In this document: positions 51,190 to 62,365 of the stretch, piece after piece
Layout of the letters: each line of letters starts with the position of its first letter
Position numbering within the stretch: the stretch's first letter is position 1
Assembly (NCBI GenBank): GCA_963846575.1
Contig: CAWJWJ010000001.1
Span: forward strand, 704,001-768,000
Direction: 5' to 3'
Origin: an uncultured Nitrospiraceae bacterium
GTDB lineage: Bacteria > Nitrospirota > Nitrospiria > Nitrospirales > Nitrospiraceae
DNA length: 64,000 bases
Notes under the pieces: model-generated
What the model was told of the DNA's origin: nothing
Database searches by the model: none
The model's input: the letters and a program-made list of their open reading frames with translations, nothing else
Made by a program: the position numbers and the translations under genes

Positions 51190-51745
51190 TCCCCCAGAAC
51201 GTGGCCCGCCGAACGGGTTTTGTTCTGCCAGGCTCTCGATTAGTCGATCAGTACCACGATCGCAGATTTCCTGACCAAGCTTTCCCCCGTTTCAGGACCA
51301 TGATTTACCGTGGCGCTTAACGTGCCGTTCGACTGCACTCTCATTCGATCCACGCTCCAGGAGCACCTTGGTGAAGAGGATGGTTCCTGGAACCCGGCTC
51401 CACCCGGAGACTATATTGCCCACCGTCTGGCCCCAGGTGTCCCTCGCGTTCATCGTGTTGTAGATCGTAGGTGCCTTCTCGTAACGGCCTTAGGGAGAGC
51501 CTCCAGCCGCACATTCATTGGACTACCTTCCGAGTGGTCTGCGTTCCAGTTCTTGCCCCACGAGCCGGGGCATCCGGCGTATCGATTCAAGGGAGAATGC
51601 GGCGAGTTGCCTGATTCGCCAATGACGTGAGCCGCTCGCTTTGTTATACTCCGCGCCTCGGTACCTGGCAGGGTATACTCGCTCCAAGCTCATATTCATG
51701 TATCACAGGCAGATATCTCTCATCTGTCCGCAGCTAGCGCTATAG

Positions 51746-52309
51746 ATGATTACGGGTTCATCCGAGCGGTTCTGGGTTGATCGTCCGGTCCCTCCCGAGG
51801 TGGCTGAGGCCTCCCGTAAGGGCATCGTGCTCGACATCGGCTGCGGATCGCTTAAGCAGATCGGCACAGTCGGCGTCGATCAGCGGGCGTTGCCAGGGGT
51901 GGATGTGATCTGCGACTTCGAGCGGGGCCTTCCTTTTCGGGAGAGTTCAGTTGCCGCCGTCTACTCCATACACTCAGTCGAACATATGCGGGACTTGATC
52001 GGCTTCATGGTCGATCTCTACCGGGTCTGCGCGCCTGGCGCGCGAGTGTATCTCAAGACGCCCTACTACACGTCGCGCAAGGCGTTTATTGACCCGACGC
52101 ATGTGCGCTTCATGACGGAAGAAAGTTTCGAGTACTTCAAATCGCCCAATTATTACGGGCTCAAGACCAACTTTCGCACCGTGTCAATCGAGTTCGCGAT
52201 GCGCAAACCCTTCAAGTATTTCCCCGCCTATCTGCAGAAACGCTGCCGCCGCTATTTATGGAACGTGTGCGAAGAAATGATGGTTATCCTGGAGGCGGTT
52301 AAACCGTAG
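51746..52309 (+). CDS. class I SAM-dependent methyltransferase-like protein
   Basis: LDIGCG, LPF, H.VEH, DPTHVR. Confidence 0.88.
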   Translation: MITGSSERFWVDRPVPPEVAEASRKGIVLDIGCGSLKQIGTVGVDQRALPGVDVICDFERGLPFRESSVAAVYSIHSVEHMRDLIGFMVDLYRVCAPGARVYLKTPYYTSRKAFIDPTHVRFMTEESFEYFKSPNYYGLKTNFRTVSIEFAMRKPFKYFPAYLQKRCRRYLWNVCEEMMVILEAVKP

Positions 52310-52313
52310 TCAG

Positions 52314-53201
52314 ATGCCGGAACCGGTCGTCACGGTTGTGATTCCACTGTTTAATGCGCAGGACGTGATTCGGGACACCCTCGAGAGTGTATTGGCTCAA
52401 ACCTATGGGGGTTATGAGATCGTCATCATCGACGACGGGTCGACGGATGGCTCGGGCGATGTGATCCGTTCCTATGGTGATTGTCTTCGGTACATCCGGC
52501 AGCCTAACGGCGGAGTCGCCCAGGCACGAAATCGAGGGATCGCAGCCGCGCGGGGCCGCTACATTGCGCTGCTGGATCATGACGACTTGTGGGCGCCCGA
52601 CAAGCTGGCGAAGCAAGTGGCGGTACTCGATGCACAACCTGCTGTCGGGATGGTCGTGACGGATGTCGCGCACATTGATCGCGCCGGCCGTCCGCTGCAT
52701 CAGGTCGGCCCTGCCTACCAGCCGCAGCATGAATTCGCTCGCCTGTTTGTGCAGGGTTTTGTTCCGACGCCATCGGCGACGCTTATTCGCGCACACATCT
52801 TGAAAGCGATCAGCGGATTCGATGAACAGTTCAACAGCGCTGGCATGGACGATCACGAGTTGTGGACCAGGATCGCCGAGGCGACCACCATTATGGGCAT
52901 TGCCGAGCCCCTCACGTACCATCGCAATCGAGAGATAAAGCCGGCTGATATTGCGCTAGGTCATCGTCCACTGCTTATCAAGAAGCTCATGGTACGTTTC
53001 AGCCGGGAGCCTGTGAAGCGACGCTATCTCCAACGAGAGATGGCCTTCTATCTGGCCGACCAGGGGAAATATTTAATCAAAGGCGGGCAGTGCCGGGAAG
53101 GCCGATCTGTTCTGCTGAGCGGGCTCAGGTTAAGTCTTGGCGAGGGAAAAAGTCTCAAGGCGGCTTGGCGTTGTGTCTCCCGGCTCGCGCGGTCCTTCTG
53201 A
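52314..53201 (+). CDS. glycosyltransferase family 2
   Basis: VTVVIP.FN, DDGSTD, ARNRG, LDHDD. Confidence 0.93.
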   Translation: MPEPVVTVVIPLFNAQDVIRDTLESVLAQTYGGYEIVIIDDGSTDGSGDVIRSYGDCLRYIRQPNGGVAQARNRGIAAARGRYIALLDHDDLWAPDKLAKQVAVLDAQPAVGMVVTDVAHIDRAGRPLHQVGPAYQPQHEFARLFVQGFVPTPSATLIRAHILKAISGFDEQFNSAGMDDHELWTRIAEATTIMGIAEPLTYHRNREIKPADIALGHRPLLIKKLMVRFSREPVKRRYLQREMAFYLADQGKYLIKGGQCREGRSVLLSGLRLSLGEGKSLKAAWRCVSRLARSF

Positions 53202-53214
53202 GGAAATCCCATCG

Positions 53215-54531
53215 GTGAGACCTGTCTCGAAAGAAGTGGTTGCCGCCGCTCTGGCCGCGCTGAGCACAACATTGCCGTTCGCAGTCGGCATTTTAAAAAA
53301 CGGCCTGATCGAGGTGCTACTGCTGGTGCCGGTGGCGTGGTTCCTCGTGACGTCCCGGAAGGACCGGGCCGCCCCGGCTCTGCTTCTGCTGGTTTCGGTC
53401 TGCCTGACCGCCACGATCTGTGATCTCATCTTGCGTCCCATTCTCGGTGCCCGACTGCATTACTCACCGATGAATCAGTATCAGCGACGCCTACCGGCCC
53501 TGCCGATGCTGGGGCGGTGGGATGCTCTGGTGAATTTTTCGGGACCTGTCTATGGAGATCTGGCAGCCATGACCGGAGATCCGGCTTTTCGTGAGCCGCG
53601 TCACATTGAGTTTCGGACCGATGCGCTCGGGTTCCGTAATGACAAGGTGCCGGCTGCCGTCGACGTCATCGTTCTCGGAGACTCATTTGCCGCTGGTGTC
53701 GGAGTGACACAAACGGGAACCCTTGCGCCAAGGTTGGCGGCTCGCTATGGCCTGTCCGTCTATAATCTTTCCTATCCCGGAGGCCCCTACGACCAGTTCA
53801 TTAATTTTTCCCTTGAGGTGCCGAAGTTGATGCTCGCGGCAAAAGCGGAACTTGTTTGGACATTGTTTGCAGGCAACGACCTGGAGGATGATGGCGGGGA
53901 AATCTGGGAAATTGAAGCTTTGCCGTGGCAACGAGGCCTTTCGTCTGCGTTGGTGGCATACCGCACCTTTCGGGGACGATCGCCGCTCAGGCAGGGATGG
54001 AATGCTCTTCGGAGCCGTTGGAGAGGGATTTCACAGCAGGTGATCGTCCGTGCGCTGCCCGATGGCCGTCCCCTGCTGTTCTACGGTCCGCACGAAGTGT
54101 GGGGTGAACGTCCTCGCGCCGAAGTGGAACGACATCCCAATTTCGCCAAGCTTCGCAAGACCTTGCAGGCCATGAGAGCCGCGACTGATCGTATGGGGGT
54201 AGAAGTGTTTGTCGTCCTCTTGCCGACCAAGGGGGAAGTCTACCGTGAACTCTTGAATCCTCAGGCCGCGTCAGATGCCTCGGGCCCGTCGGGATTTGCG
54301 GAAGCAGTACTCGGCGCCTGCCGGGATGCCGGTCTTCGTTGCCGGGACAGCAAGCCCTATTTGCGGGAGACGGCCAGGCGACTCTATGCCGCCTCGCAGG
54401 ACTTGTTATGGTGGCGGGATGATACCCACATCAATGAGAGCGGTCACCAGGCTATTGCATCGTTTGTCGCGGAGGAACTTCGACAAACTCAGGGCCTCGG
54501 ACCGTTGCAGGACCACGATGAAAGGTCGTAG
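53215..54531 (+). CDS. membrane-anchored SGNH hydrolase / AlgX-AlgJ-like protein
   Basis: GFR, LGDSF, GND, DDTH; N-terminal hydrophobic helices; start uncertain. Confidence 0.8.
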   Translation: MRPVSKEVVAAALAALSTTLPFAVGILKNGLIEVLLLVPVAWFLVTSRKDRAAPALLLLVSVCLTATICDLILRPILGARLHYSPMNQYQRRLPALPMLGRWDALVNFSGPVYGDLAAMTGDPAFREPRHIEFRTDALGFRNDKVPAAVDVIVLGDSFAAGVGVTQTGTLAPRLAARYGLSVYNLSYPGGPYDQFINFSLEVPKLMLAAKAELVWTLFAGNDLEDDGGEIWEIEALPWQRGLSSALVAYRTFRGRSPLRQGWNALRSRWRGISQQVIVRALPDGRPLLFYGPHEVWGERPRAEVERHPNFAKLRKTLQAMRAATDRMGVEVFVVLLPTKGEVYRELLNPQAASDASGPSGFAEAVLGACRDAGLRCRDSKPYLRETARRLYAASQDLLWWRDDTHINESGHQAIASFVAEELRQTQGLGPLQDHDERS

Positions 54532-54635
54532 ATTGCCCGCGAGCGGAACCGTGTCACGGAATCGAGCGCAACCATATCTATCCCGGCAAGTCAGGTGTTC
54601 TTTGGCTGCTGGGGGCGCGGTCAGAAAGGATCAAC

Positions 54636-55052
54636 GTGAGTAGCACCTCGACCGTTCAAATCTACACCGATGGCAGCTGTCTCGGGAACCCTGGCCCGGG
54701 AGGCTGGGCCTACATCATTGTTCAGCAGGGAGGGCAACGAAACGAGGGGTCGGGTCACAGCAGAGACACCACCAATAACCGCATGGAAATGATGGCCGCC
54801 ATCGAGGCCTTGAAGGCCCTTACGCCCGCCCAATCCGTCGTACTCCATTCCGATTCTCAGCTGTTGATCAAGACCATGACCCTCGGCTGGAAGCGTAAGA
54901 AGAATCAGGATTTGTGGGCCGAGTTGGATCGGCTCTGCCTCGTCCATCGTGTCACCTGGCAGTGGGTGCGCGGTCATAACGGACATCCGGAAAACGAAGC
55001 GTGCGACAGCCTTGCGCAACGGGCCGCTTCTATCGCGCGGTCTTCGCGCTGA
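54636..55052 (+). CDS. rnhA: ribonuclease HI
   Basis: YTDGSCLGNPGPGGW, TTNNRME, SDS, KNQDLW, WVRGH.G...NE.CD.LA. Confidence 0.96.
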   Translation: MSSTSTVQIYTDGSCLGNPGPGGWAYIIVQQGGQRNEGSGHSRDTTNNRMEMMAAIEALKALTPAQSVVLHSDSQLLIKTMTLGWKRKKNQDLWAELDRLCLVHRVTWQWVRGHNGHPENEACDSLAQRAASIARSSR

Positions 55053-55074
55053 GAGCAGACTCAGAAAGGACGGC

Positions 55075-55275
55075 ATGCACCTCCTGAAAGTCGGCCGATT
55101 CCACATCAACCTTGCCTATATCCAGTTCATCCATGAAGAGCGTGAAGATTTCATTCTTCATTTCAGCGAAGGCGCGAACATTCGCACCACCAGCGTGGCG
55201 CGTAATTCTCCTGATGGGGAGCTGCTCCAGCGTTTCATGACTTCCCGACAATGGGAGGATCCGACACAGAAGTGA
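55075..55275 (+). CDS. small hypothetical protein
   Basis: SD AAAGGA before ATG 55075; 66 aa. Confidence 0.55.
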   Translation: MHLLKVGRFHINLAYIQFIHEEREDFILHFSEGANIRTTSVARNSPDGELLQRFMTSRQWEDPTQK

Positions 55276-55498
55276 GTGCGTCTCGGTCCCGCCTACCTCC
55301 CGTCACCTCAAATATGCATGTGTCCGACCCGCTTCACCGCATCGCGTACGAGTGCGTACTGCCCCGTCTGCGTGAGCGAGTATCGTAATTGGATCGGGAT
55401 GTGGACTCCCTCAATCCCGAGCAGGCGGTGATGCTCCGCCCCGTTCGCACCTGTACTCAGCCCTTGCGCTGAGTGCTCCGCAGCGCAGGAGCACTGCT

Positions 55499-55545
55499 AT
55501 AAGTATATATTATCGACGGTCTATATATAATCAATTGGACTGATG
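55499..55545. promoter_or_regulatory. OxyR/LysR-type binding region (second copy)
   Basis: ATAA-N7-TTAT-N7-CTAT-N7-CAAT; ATCAATTGGACTGATG matches 19155-19170 at 15 of 16 positions. Confidence 0.7.
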
Positions 55546-55618
55546 ATATGGGGCACTGTACCATCCACTCAGGTAGTGAATGTGAGAGCTCCAGTGAACA
55601 GTCCAAGCAGGAGGCAGC

Positions 55619-55978
55619 ATGCAAACTGTACACATAATAAGGGGTGGTTTGTTTGTGGCAGCCCTGTTCGTAGGCGGATGTGCCACAGACGTCATTGAGC
55701 GATCAGTTGTTGCGGCCCAGCCAAACCCCGCTCCTCGCGTGACACAGGAACAGGCTCGAGACTTGACTGCACAATATCAGCGCCAGGCCGCTGACATTCA
55801 AGAGCTGGCTCAGCGTGTGCAATGGGAGGCAGAATGGTACGCCGGAAAATATGGGGTGAATGACCGGCAGTCGGCCATGCGACGTACTCAGGCTCAGCAA
55901 CTGTGGGCTGAGGCTGCCGACGCAGAGCGGTTGGCCCGTGACTACAGACGGCAGGTGCCGCACGGCCAGATATATTGA
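55619..55978 (+). CDS. helical lipoprotein
   Basis: SD AGGAGG; lipobox-like VGGC. Confidence 0.75.
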   Translation: MQTVHIIRGGLFVAALFVGGCATDVIERSVVAAQPNPAPRVTQEQARDLTAQYQRQAADIQELAQRVQWEAEWYAGKYGVNDRQSAMRRTQAQQLWAEAADAERLARDYRRQVPHGQIY

Positions 55979-56059
55979 CACCGTACGCGCAGGGTCACGA
56001 GGAGCGGCCGGCTTAATTGATCGCTCCTGTGACCGAGCGTCAGGAACAAGGAGGACAGC

Positions 56060-56538
56060 ACGAAGACGGATATCGGACTCACATCCCATGACAGACTGGT
56101 ATTACCGGGATACTGAAGACCCTTTTGGCGAATGAGTATGTGTTGTACACCAAGACACGTCACTTCCCATTGGACGTTCGGGGACTTCACTTTCATGACC
56201 TGCACAAATTCTTCGAGAGCCAGTACGAGGAATTGGATGAGGTCGTGGACGAAGTCGCCGAACGCATCCGTACGCGTAATGACGTGAGCCCGGGGACGTT
56301 GGCCGAGTTTACGCAGATGACGAGACTCAAGGAGCAGCCGGAGAAGCAACTTGCGGCGAAAGACATGATCGGGCAACTTCTGTCCGATCATGAATCTGTG
56401 ATCCGGCAGTTGCGCATGGACGTGGAAAAGGTGGGAGGCGAATACCATGACGCTGGGACGAATGATTTTTCTGACCGGTCTCATGGAGCAGCATGAAAAA
56501 AAATTGCCTGGATGCTCCGGGCGCATTTGGAGGAGTAA
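56060..56538 (+). pseudogene. dps: Dps (DNA starvation protection) pseudogene
   Basis: LANEYVLYTKTR, DLHKFFESQY, DEVAERIR, HESVIRQLR, then TGLMEQHEK and AWMLRAHL in shifted frames; ACG in place of ATG after SD AAGGAGG. Confidence 0.88.
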
Positions 56539-56759
56539 CCCGTCAATATCTGGGCGAAGGCCGACTTCCTGCAGAGGGCCCGCTTTCGCAGTGATTCCGG
56601 CTACGCCGCTCCAGCCTAAGACCTGGAGCGGAGCTCTCTCACGGAGGTGCCGGAGGATGTTGGAGACTGTTTCTGTGTCCCATAGAGGGAATAGTTGGAC
56701 GTCGAGCTTGTGGAGAGGATGATGCAGACCAGATGAAGGGGGAGGTGAGCCCGGGGCCG

Positions 56760-57173
56760 TTAAAGGCCGGCCCGCGCTGATGGCGAAGGGCTGGGGTTGC
56801 AGGTATTGTCCGTACAGCCATTTGCACGGCCGGTCAGCCGGAGGCGGTTCGTTGCAAACCACCCATAGGCCTTCACAATGAGCGGTTCTACAAAGGATAG
56901 TCGACTCAGCCGCGCGAGGCTGCGCAACCCGACCGCTTCCCACATACCTCGGAAAACTTCGACAGCCGTGATCACCCTCCCATCCGCCCAGCGGGCGTGA
57001 ATCACCGCGCTGAGATCCGTGACAGCGAGCCCGGTCGATGCGGCATCGTATGCAGCAGATGAGAAATCGCAAAAGGCGAGACGCCCATGCCTGTCCATCC
57101 ATCTCATCAGCGCAATTTCCCGAGCACAGATGGGACAGGCTCCGTCATAGAATACGGTCAACGGATAGGGCAT
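56760..57173 (-). CDS. DUF393 / DCC1-like thiol-disulfide oxidoreductase
   Basis: VFYDGACPIC.REI, Y.WFA.NR. Confidence 0.9.
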   Translation of the reverse strand: MPYPLTVFYDGACPICAREIALMRWMDRHGRLAFCDFSSAAYDAASTGLAVTDLSAVIHARWADGRVITAVEVFRGMWEAVGLRSLARLSRLSFVEPLIVKAYGWFATNRLRLTGRANGCTDNTCNPSPSPSARAGL

Positions 57174-57195
57174 CGTCTCGATGGGGATCGGCCGG

Positions 57196-58110
57196 TTATG
57201 CACGACTGACCCGCCTTGTGAGCTGATCTAGCTTCTCATCCAGTTCATCGAAAGTTCCCAGAGTCTCGATGCCCGATTCCACAAAATGCTGGCGCAGGGC
57301 GAGCGCGCCATGGCCGCCGGCGAGGAGCGTGGAAACGGGTTTCACACCATCCGCGAGGGCCTGAATCACTTCCGCTGCCACACGGTCGGGAAGAGCGACC
57401 GGGAAGGAAAGAATGGTGAGGTCCGGAGATACATTCCGGCAGAGATTAGTGAGGGCAGGGATCGGCACGTTGGCGCCCAAATAGTAGACTCGACATCCGC
57501 GCAAGCGGCATCGATAAGCAACGGTGAGGGCGGCGATGTCATGCTCTTCTCCCGGGGGACAGGCCACCACCACTTTAACGCCGAATTCAGCCACTGGGAG
57601 CTGGTTCATGGCTGAAAACACCTTTTGTTGTATTTGTTTCGTCACGTAATGCTCGATGGCTACATTCACCTGGCCATCGTGCCAGAGTTGCCCGACCTGT
57701 TCTTGTAGTGGCAGCAAAATGCCGTGGAGCGCCTCTTCAAACGGAACGACGGCCACCGCTCCGTTCAAACGTTTCTCAAACGTCACCCGGTCAAACGGGT
57801 GCAACGCCGAAACCAACTCTTGCAGCAGCCGGTTGAATGTATTGTCCACGAGGGTTGCCCGCGGCGCGGCATTCCGTACCCGGGTCATCAGTTCTTCGCG
57901 TCCGAGCTGGGCAAGGGCGCCGATCGAAGCGCCCGCGTCCAGTTGTTCTTTGAGATAACGCAACAGAGCGACATCCTCGTCCGAATAATTTCGATAACGA
58001 TTGGCGCCTCGTGTCGGTTGTAGCAGGCCAAAACGTCGTTCCCATACCCGAATCACATCGCGACTCAAACCAGTAAGCTTGGCAACTCTTTGAATTCTAT
58101 GGGTATTCAT
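57196..58110 (-). CDS. MerR-family B12-binding regulator (CarH/LitR-like photoreceptor)
   Basis: HTH IRVWERRFGLL.P.R...YR.Y, W-x9-EH (WHDGQVNVAIEH), E-x-H (GEEHDI), YLGANVP. Confidence 0.9.
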   Translation of the reverse strand: MNTHRIQRVAKLTGLSRDVIRVWERRFGLLQPTRGANRYRNYSDEDVALLRYLKEQLDAGASIGALAQLGREELMTRVRNAAPRATLVDNTFNRLLQELVSALHPFDRVTFEKRLNGAVAVVPFEEALHGILLPLQEQVGQLWHDGQVNVAIEHYVTKQIQQKVFSAMNQLPVAEFGVKVVVACPPGEEHDIAALTVAYRCRLRGCRVYYLGANVPIPALTNLCRNVSPDLTILSFPVALPDRVAAEVIQALADGVKPVSTLLAGGHGALALRQHFVESGIETLGTFDELDEKLDQLTRRVSRA

Positions 58111-58133
58111 TGCTGTGACAGTATAGCCTCGAA

Positions 58134-58226
58134 GTCTAATGTTTGTCAAACATATTTGAGATTAACTATTGACACATTGGACATTATGCCTTATACATTA
58201 GACATAGTCGCTACAAACATTGAACA
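58134..58226. promoter_or_regulatory. phased direct-repeat operator overlapping divergent promoters
   Basis: ACATTRRACA at 58174, 58195 and 58217, inverted copy at 58134-58142, TTGACA at 58169. Confidence 0.7.
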
Positions 58227-58245
58227 GAGTGATGTGGAGGTGACC

Positions 58246-58620
58246 ATGGCAACGTCGGCATTGAGGGAGCTCGCAGGAAGTCATGACATGCTGGATCGGC
58301 ACCAGAACCCACTGCATGGGCAGGTCTGCGCCCGATGCGGCGGACTCATTGTTGGTGAGTTTTGTATGGATCTACTAAACGGCGCAGACGAATGGAACTG
58401 TCCCATTGGCCGTTGCGTGCAATGCGGTGACATCGTCGATCCGGTCATCCTTCGGAATCGGCAGCTCAGCCAGCGACAAGCAGTCCCGGATCGTTCCTCA
58501 AAGGCTCAACCCGGAAGGCGTTCCGTGGAGACTTCTGGTTCAGCAGCCGCTGATACCTGTCGCGTTTCTCCCCATTCTTCTTCAATGTCCCGAGAAAAGC
58601 TGGATAGCGCGGATCGGTAA
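58246..58620 (+). CDS. zinc-ribbon small protein
   Basis: SD GGAGGT; CARCGG...DLL...CVQCGDIVDPVI..NR. Confidence 0.75.
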   Translation: MATSALRELAGSHDMLDRHQNPLHGQVCARCGGLIVGEFCMDLLNGADEWNCPIGRCVQCGDIVDPVILRNRQLSQRQAVPDRSSKAQPGRRSVETSGSAAADTCRVSPHSSSMSREKLDSADR

Positions 58621-58772
58621 ATATGATTCAACTCATTGAAATGCTTGAGTCTGTCCAGGGTGGTCTACGTATTGCTGTACATAGCCTCGGTATCCTGTCT
58701 GATGGGAGAGGGCCAGGTGTTTCAGTAGCGAGCACCTGAGAGTATCGGTCTGTTCAAACAAGGAGGTTTCCT

Positions 58773-59735
<963 letters not shown>

Positions 59736-59802
59736 CTTGTAACCGTGAGGGGGGGCGGGCATCCGCCTCTCCAACCGGGCCCTGAGGGGCAGGAGGTCCA
59801 GC

Positions 59803-60861
59803 ATGACACATTTACGCAGCATCCTTGGCGTGGGGCTTGTCTCGGCGATGACCCTCTTGACTGGAACAGCGCAGGCGGACGACTCAATGATCCCCGCGGA
59901 CATGGTGTATATCGGCCATGGTCCCTCGGCCATGGGATTGGACAGAGAGGCAAAGGCAGAGTCCGGTCGCCGACTGACGGCCTACGATAAGCGAATGAAG
60001 AAACCCTGGGCGGCCGAGGCCTTCCACGACGAAGGGCCGGCCCACATGGTGTTTTTAGACTCGTTCCTCATTGATACCTACGAGGTGTCGAACAAAGGCT
60101 ATGGCGAGTTCATCAAGACAAGCGGTCATCCGGCTCCGGCTTACTGGGACGATCCTCGCCTGAACAAGCCCCAACAGCCAGTGGTCGGAGTGAACTGGTT
60201 CGATGCCAAAACCTACTGCGAGTTCCGCGGCAAACGGTTGCCGACGGAGGCAGAATGGGAGAAGGCCGCCCGTGGTCCATTCGGCAATTTCTATCCCTGG
60301 GGGAACGAACTCGATCCTCAAAAGGCCAATTACAACCGGCAGCAGGATGCCACCTGGCCGGTGGACTCGCATCCGGAGGGGGCCAGTTACTACGGCGCGT
60401 TCAACATGGCGGGCAATGCCTTTGAATGGGTTTCGGATTGGTACGACCCGAAATACTACGGAAGGCTGGAGACCATGGTGAATCCGGCCGGTCCGGAGAA
60501 GGCCGTATGGCTTGGAGGTACCGGCACCTACGTGGACCGGCTGACGGTGGGAGAGAAGCGGGTCATTCGCGGCGGGTCCTGGATCGCCGCGGAAGGGACC
60601 ATCCGCTCTACGCATCGGTTCTGGAACCATCCGCTCAACAACAGTTACGGCGTAGGACTCGGGTTTCGCTGCGCCAAGACGGCGCCGCCTGAGTTCGAGC
60701 AACAAATCAGAGACGCCTATATCACCGCCCTGGTGGAAATGGGACGGGAGAAATTTGGCGAAGCCCTGCAGGTTGTCAACCGCGGGTTGGCCATGGACCC
60801 CAAGAATGTTCAATTGTTGGAGTTGCGGCCTCTGATTGATCAATCCATGAAGCGGCCGTGA
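59803..60861 (+). CDS. secreted FGE-sulfatase fold protein (paralog)
   Basis: same motifs; shares GHPAPAYWDDPRL and HRFWN.P.NNSYGVGLGFRCAK with the upstream gene. Confidence 0.92.
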   Translation: MTHLRSILGVGLVSAMTLLTGTAQADDSMIPADMVYIGHGPSAMGLDREAKAESGRRLTAYDKRMKKPWAAEAFHDEGPAHMVFLDSFLIDTYEVSNKGYGEFIKTSGHPAPAYWDDPRLNKPQQPVVGVNWFDAKTYCEFRGKRLPTEAEWEKAARGPFGNFYPWGNELDPQKANYNRQQDATWPVDSHPEGASYYGAFNMAGNAFEWVSDWYDPKYYGRLETMVNPAGPEKAVWLGGTGTYVDRLTVGEKRVIRGGSWIAAEGTIRSTHRFWNHPLNNSYGVGLGFRCAKTAPPEFEQQIRDAYITALVEMGREKFGEALQVVNRGLAMDPKNVQLLELRPLIDQSMKRP

Positions 60862-60917
60862 GAGTGAATGTCTAAAGCTGAGTCCGGCTTACTGTTCAGC
60901 ACGACGGAGGCAGAGGA

Positions 60918-61286
60918 ATGACATACGCTAACGCATTCGCGCTCGTGGCTTTTTTGACGGTGTTCCTCAGCGCAGGGGCCCTCCGGGCAGGTCCGATCGA
61001 TGTGAGCCACCATCCCCATCCTGAGAAAATCCAGATGGTGCATGAGGCGGAGCATAGTGTGGACAAGGCCTGGGAGATCTATCATCGCGCGGCGCTCGGC
61101 GGCACGATCGCATCGCCTCTCCTGCAAGCGGAAATCGAGCAGCATCTACATGACGCACGGACCCTCGTGTCCCAGGCGCAACGGGCCGCTGATCGGGGAG
61201 ATACGGTCGGGGTGGAGCGCCTGGTCGGTGAAATCAAGATCCATACAGCCCAGGCAATAGAGGGGAGCAAGGAGCAGAAGCAATGA
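60918..61286 (+). CDS. secreted His-rich helical protein
   Basis: signal peptide; HHPHP and several further His in predicted helices. Confidence 0.75.
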   Translation: MTYANAFALVAFLTVFLSAGALRAGPIDVSHHPHPEKIQMVHEAEHSVDKAWEIYHRAALGGTIASPLLQAEIEQHLHDARTLVSQAQRAADRGDTVGVERLVGEIKIHTAQAIEGSKEQKQ

Positions 61287-62146
61287 GATACCGTCAGGAA
61301 CTGGCAGCCACGAGATGGAGACGTATCGTTCCGGGGGTCACGACATTGGGTGTGGTCGTGATGACAGCGGCGCTCGCGGCAGCCGCTGCCGCTGAACTTG
61401 ATCCGGTTCCCATGGTGAACATAACCGCCGGACCGTTCCTGATGGGCACTCAAAGTCCGAAGGGTCGCGCCGACGAGTGGCCGCAACGAAGCGTGCACCT
61501 CGATGCGTTCGCCATCGATCAAGTTGAGGTGACCAATGAACGCTACCTGACGTTTGTCAAGGCGAGCGGCCATCGGAATCCGCCGAATCCGTATGACAGC
61601 GGACTTCTCCTGTCGGCCAAAGGAATCGAGCAGCTGCCTGTCGTGCAGGTGACCTGGTACGACGCGAAGGCCTATTGCGCCTGGGCTAAGAAACGTTTGC
61701 CGACGGAAGCGGAATGGGAAAAAGCGGCTCGCGGCACCGATGGACGCCATTTCCCGTGGGGCGAAGCTCAGCCCACCCACGGCATGGCGAATTTCGATCG
61801 CGAATGGGATGGAGTGAAGACCCTGCATGCGGTGGGTTCCCTGTCGGGAGGCGATTCGCCTTACGGGATCAAGGACTTGTCGGGCAACGCTCGCGAATGG
61901 GTGCAGGACTGGTATGAAGCCGACTATTACGCGACTGCGCCTGACAAGAATCCCCGGGGACCGGATAAGGGGATTGTTCGGGTGATTCGAGGAGGCTCCT
62001 GGCACAGCCCCATCTCGGATATCACGGCGACGTCACGCGGACGAGGTGGATTTGCGTTACAGACGCATGGCACCGGTTTCCGTTGTGCCCGCGGGGGAAA
62101 TGAACCGGATCAAGAGCAATCGATGTCTGAGGAAGTTGCGAAGTAA
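61283..62146 (+). CDS. secreted FGE-sulfatase fold protein
   Basis: PFLMG, EVTN, LPVVQVTW, RLPTEAEWEKAARG, GNAREW, RGGSW, GFRC. Confidence 0.92.
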   Translation: MRYRQELAATRWRRIVPGVTTLGVVVMTAALAAAAAAELDPVPMVNITAGPFLMGTQSPKGRADEWPQRSVHLDAFAIDQVEVTNERYLTFVKASGHRNPPNPYDSGLLLSAKGIEQLPVVQVTWYDAKAYCAWAKKRLPTEAEWEKAARGTDGRHFPWGEAQPTHGMANFDREWDGVKTLHAVGSLSGGDSPYGIKDLSGNAREWVQDWYEADYYATAPDKNPRGPDKGIVRVIRGGSWHSPISDITATSRGRGGFALQTHGTGFRCARGGNEPDQEQSMSEEVAK

Positions 62147-62365
62147 ACAGCATGGAAGGATGTTGTCTTGAACAGAACTCGATCGTTCGTTCCTGGTGGA
62201 CGCACCGCTACTCCGCACGGTGCCTCCCGCTGAGGCGGATGGGTTCTTCTACACAGAAGGACTCATCCCCTCGGTGAGGCATGGGAATACACGAAGCATC
62301 CGACCCACAGCAGCCCGGTGAGACGACGCCCTGATGGAGGAGGTCATCGTATATGGGGAGTTCCA

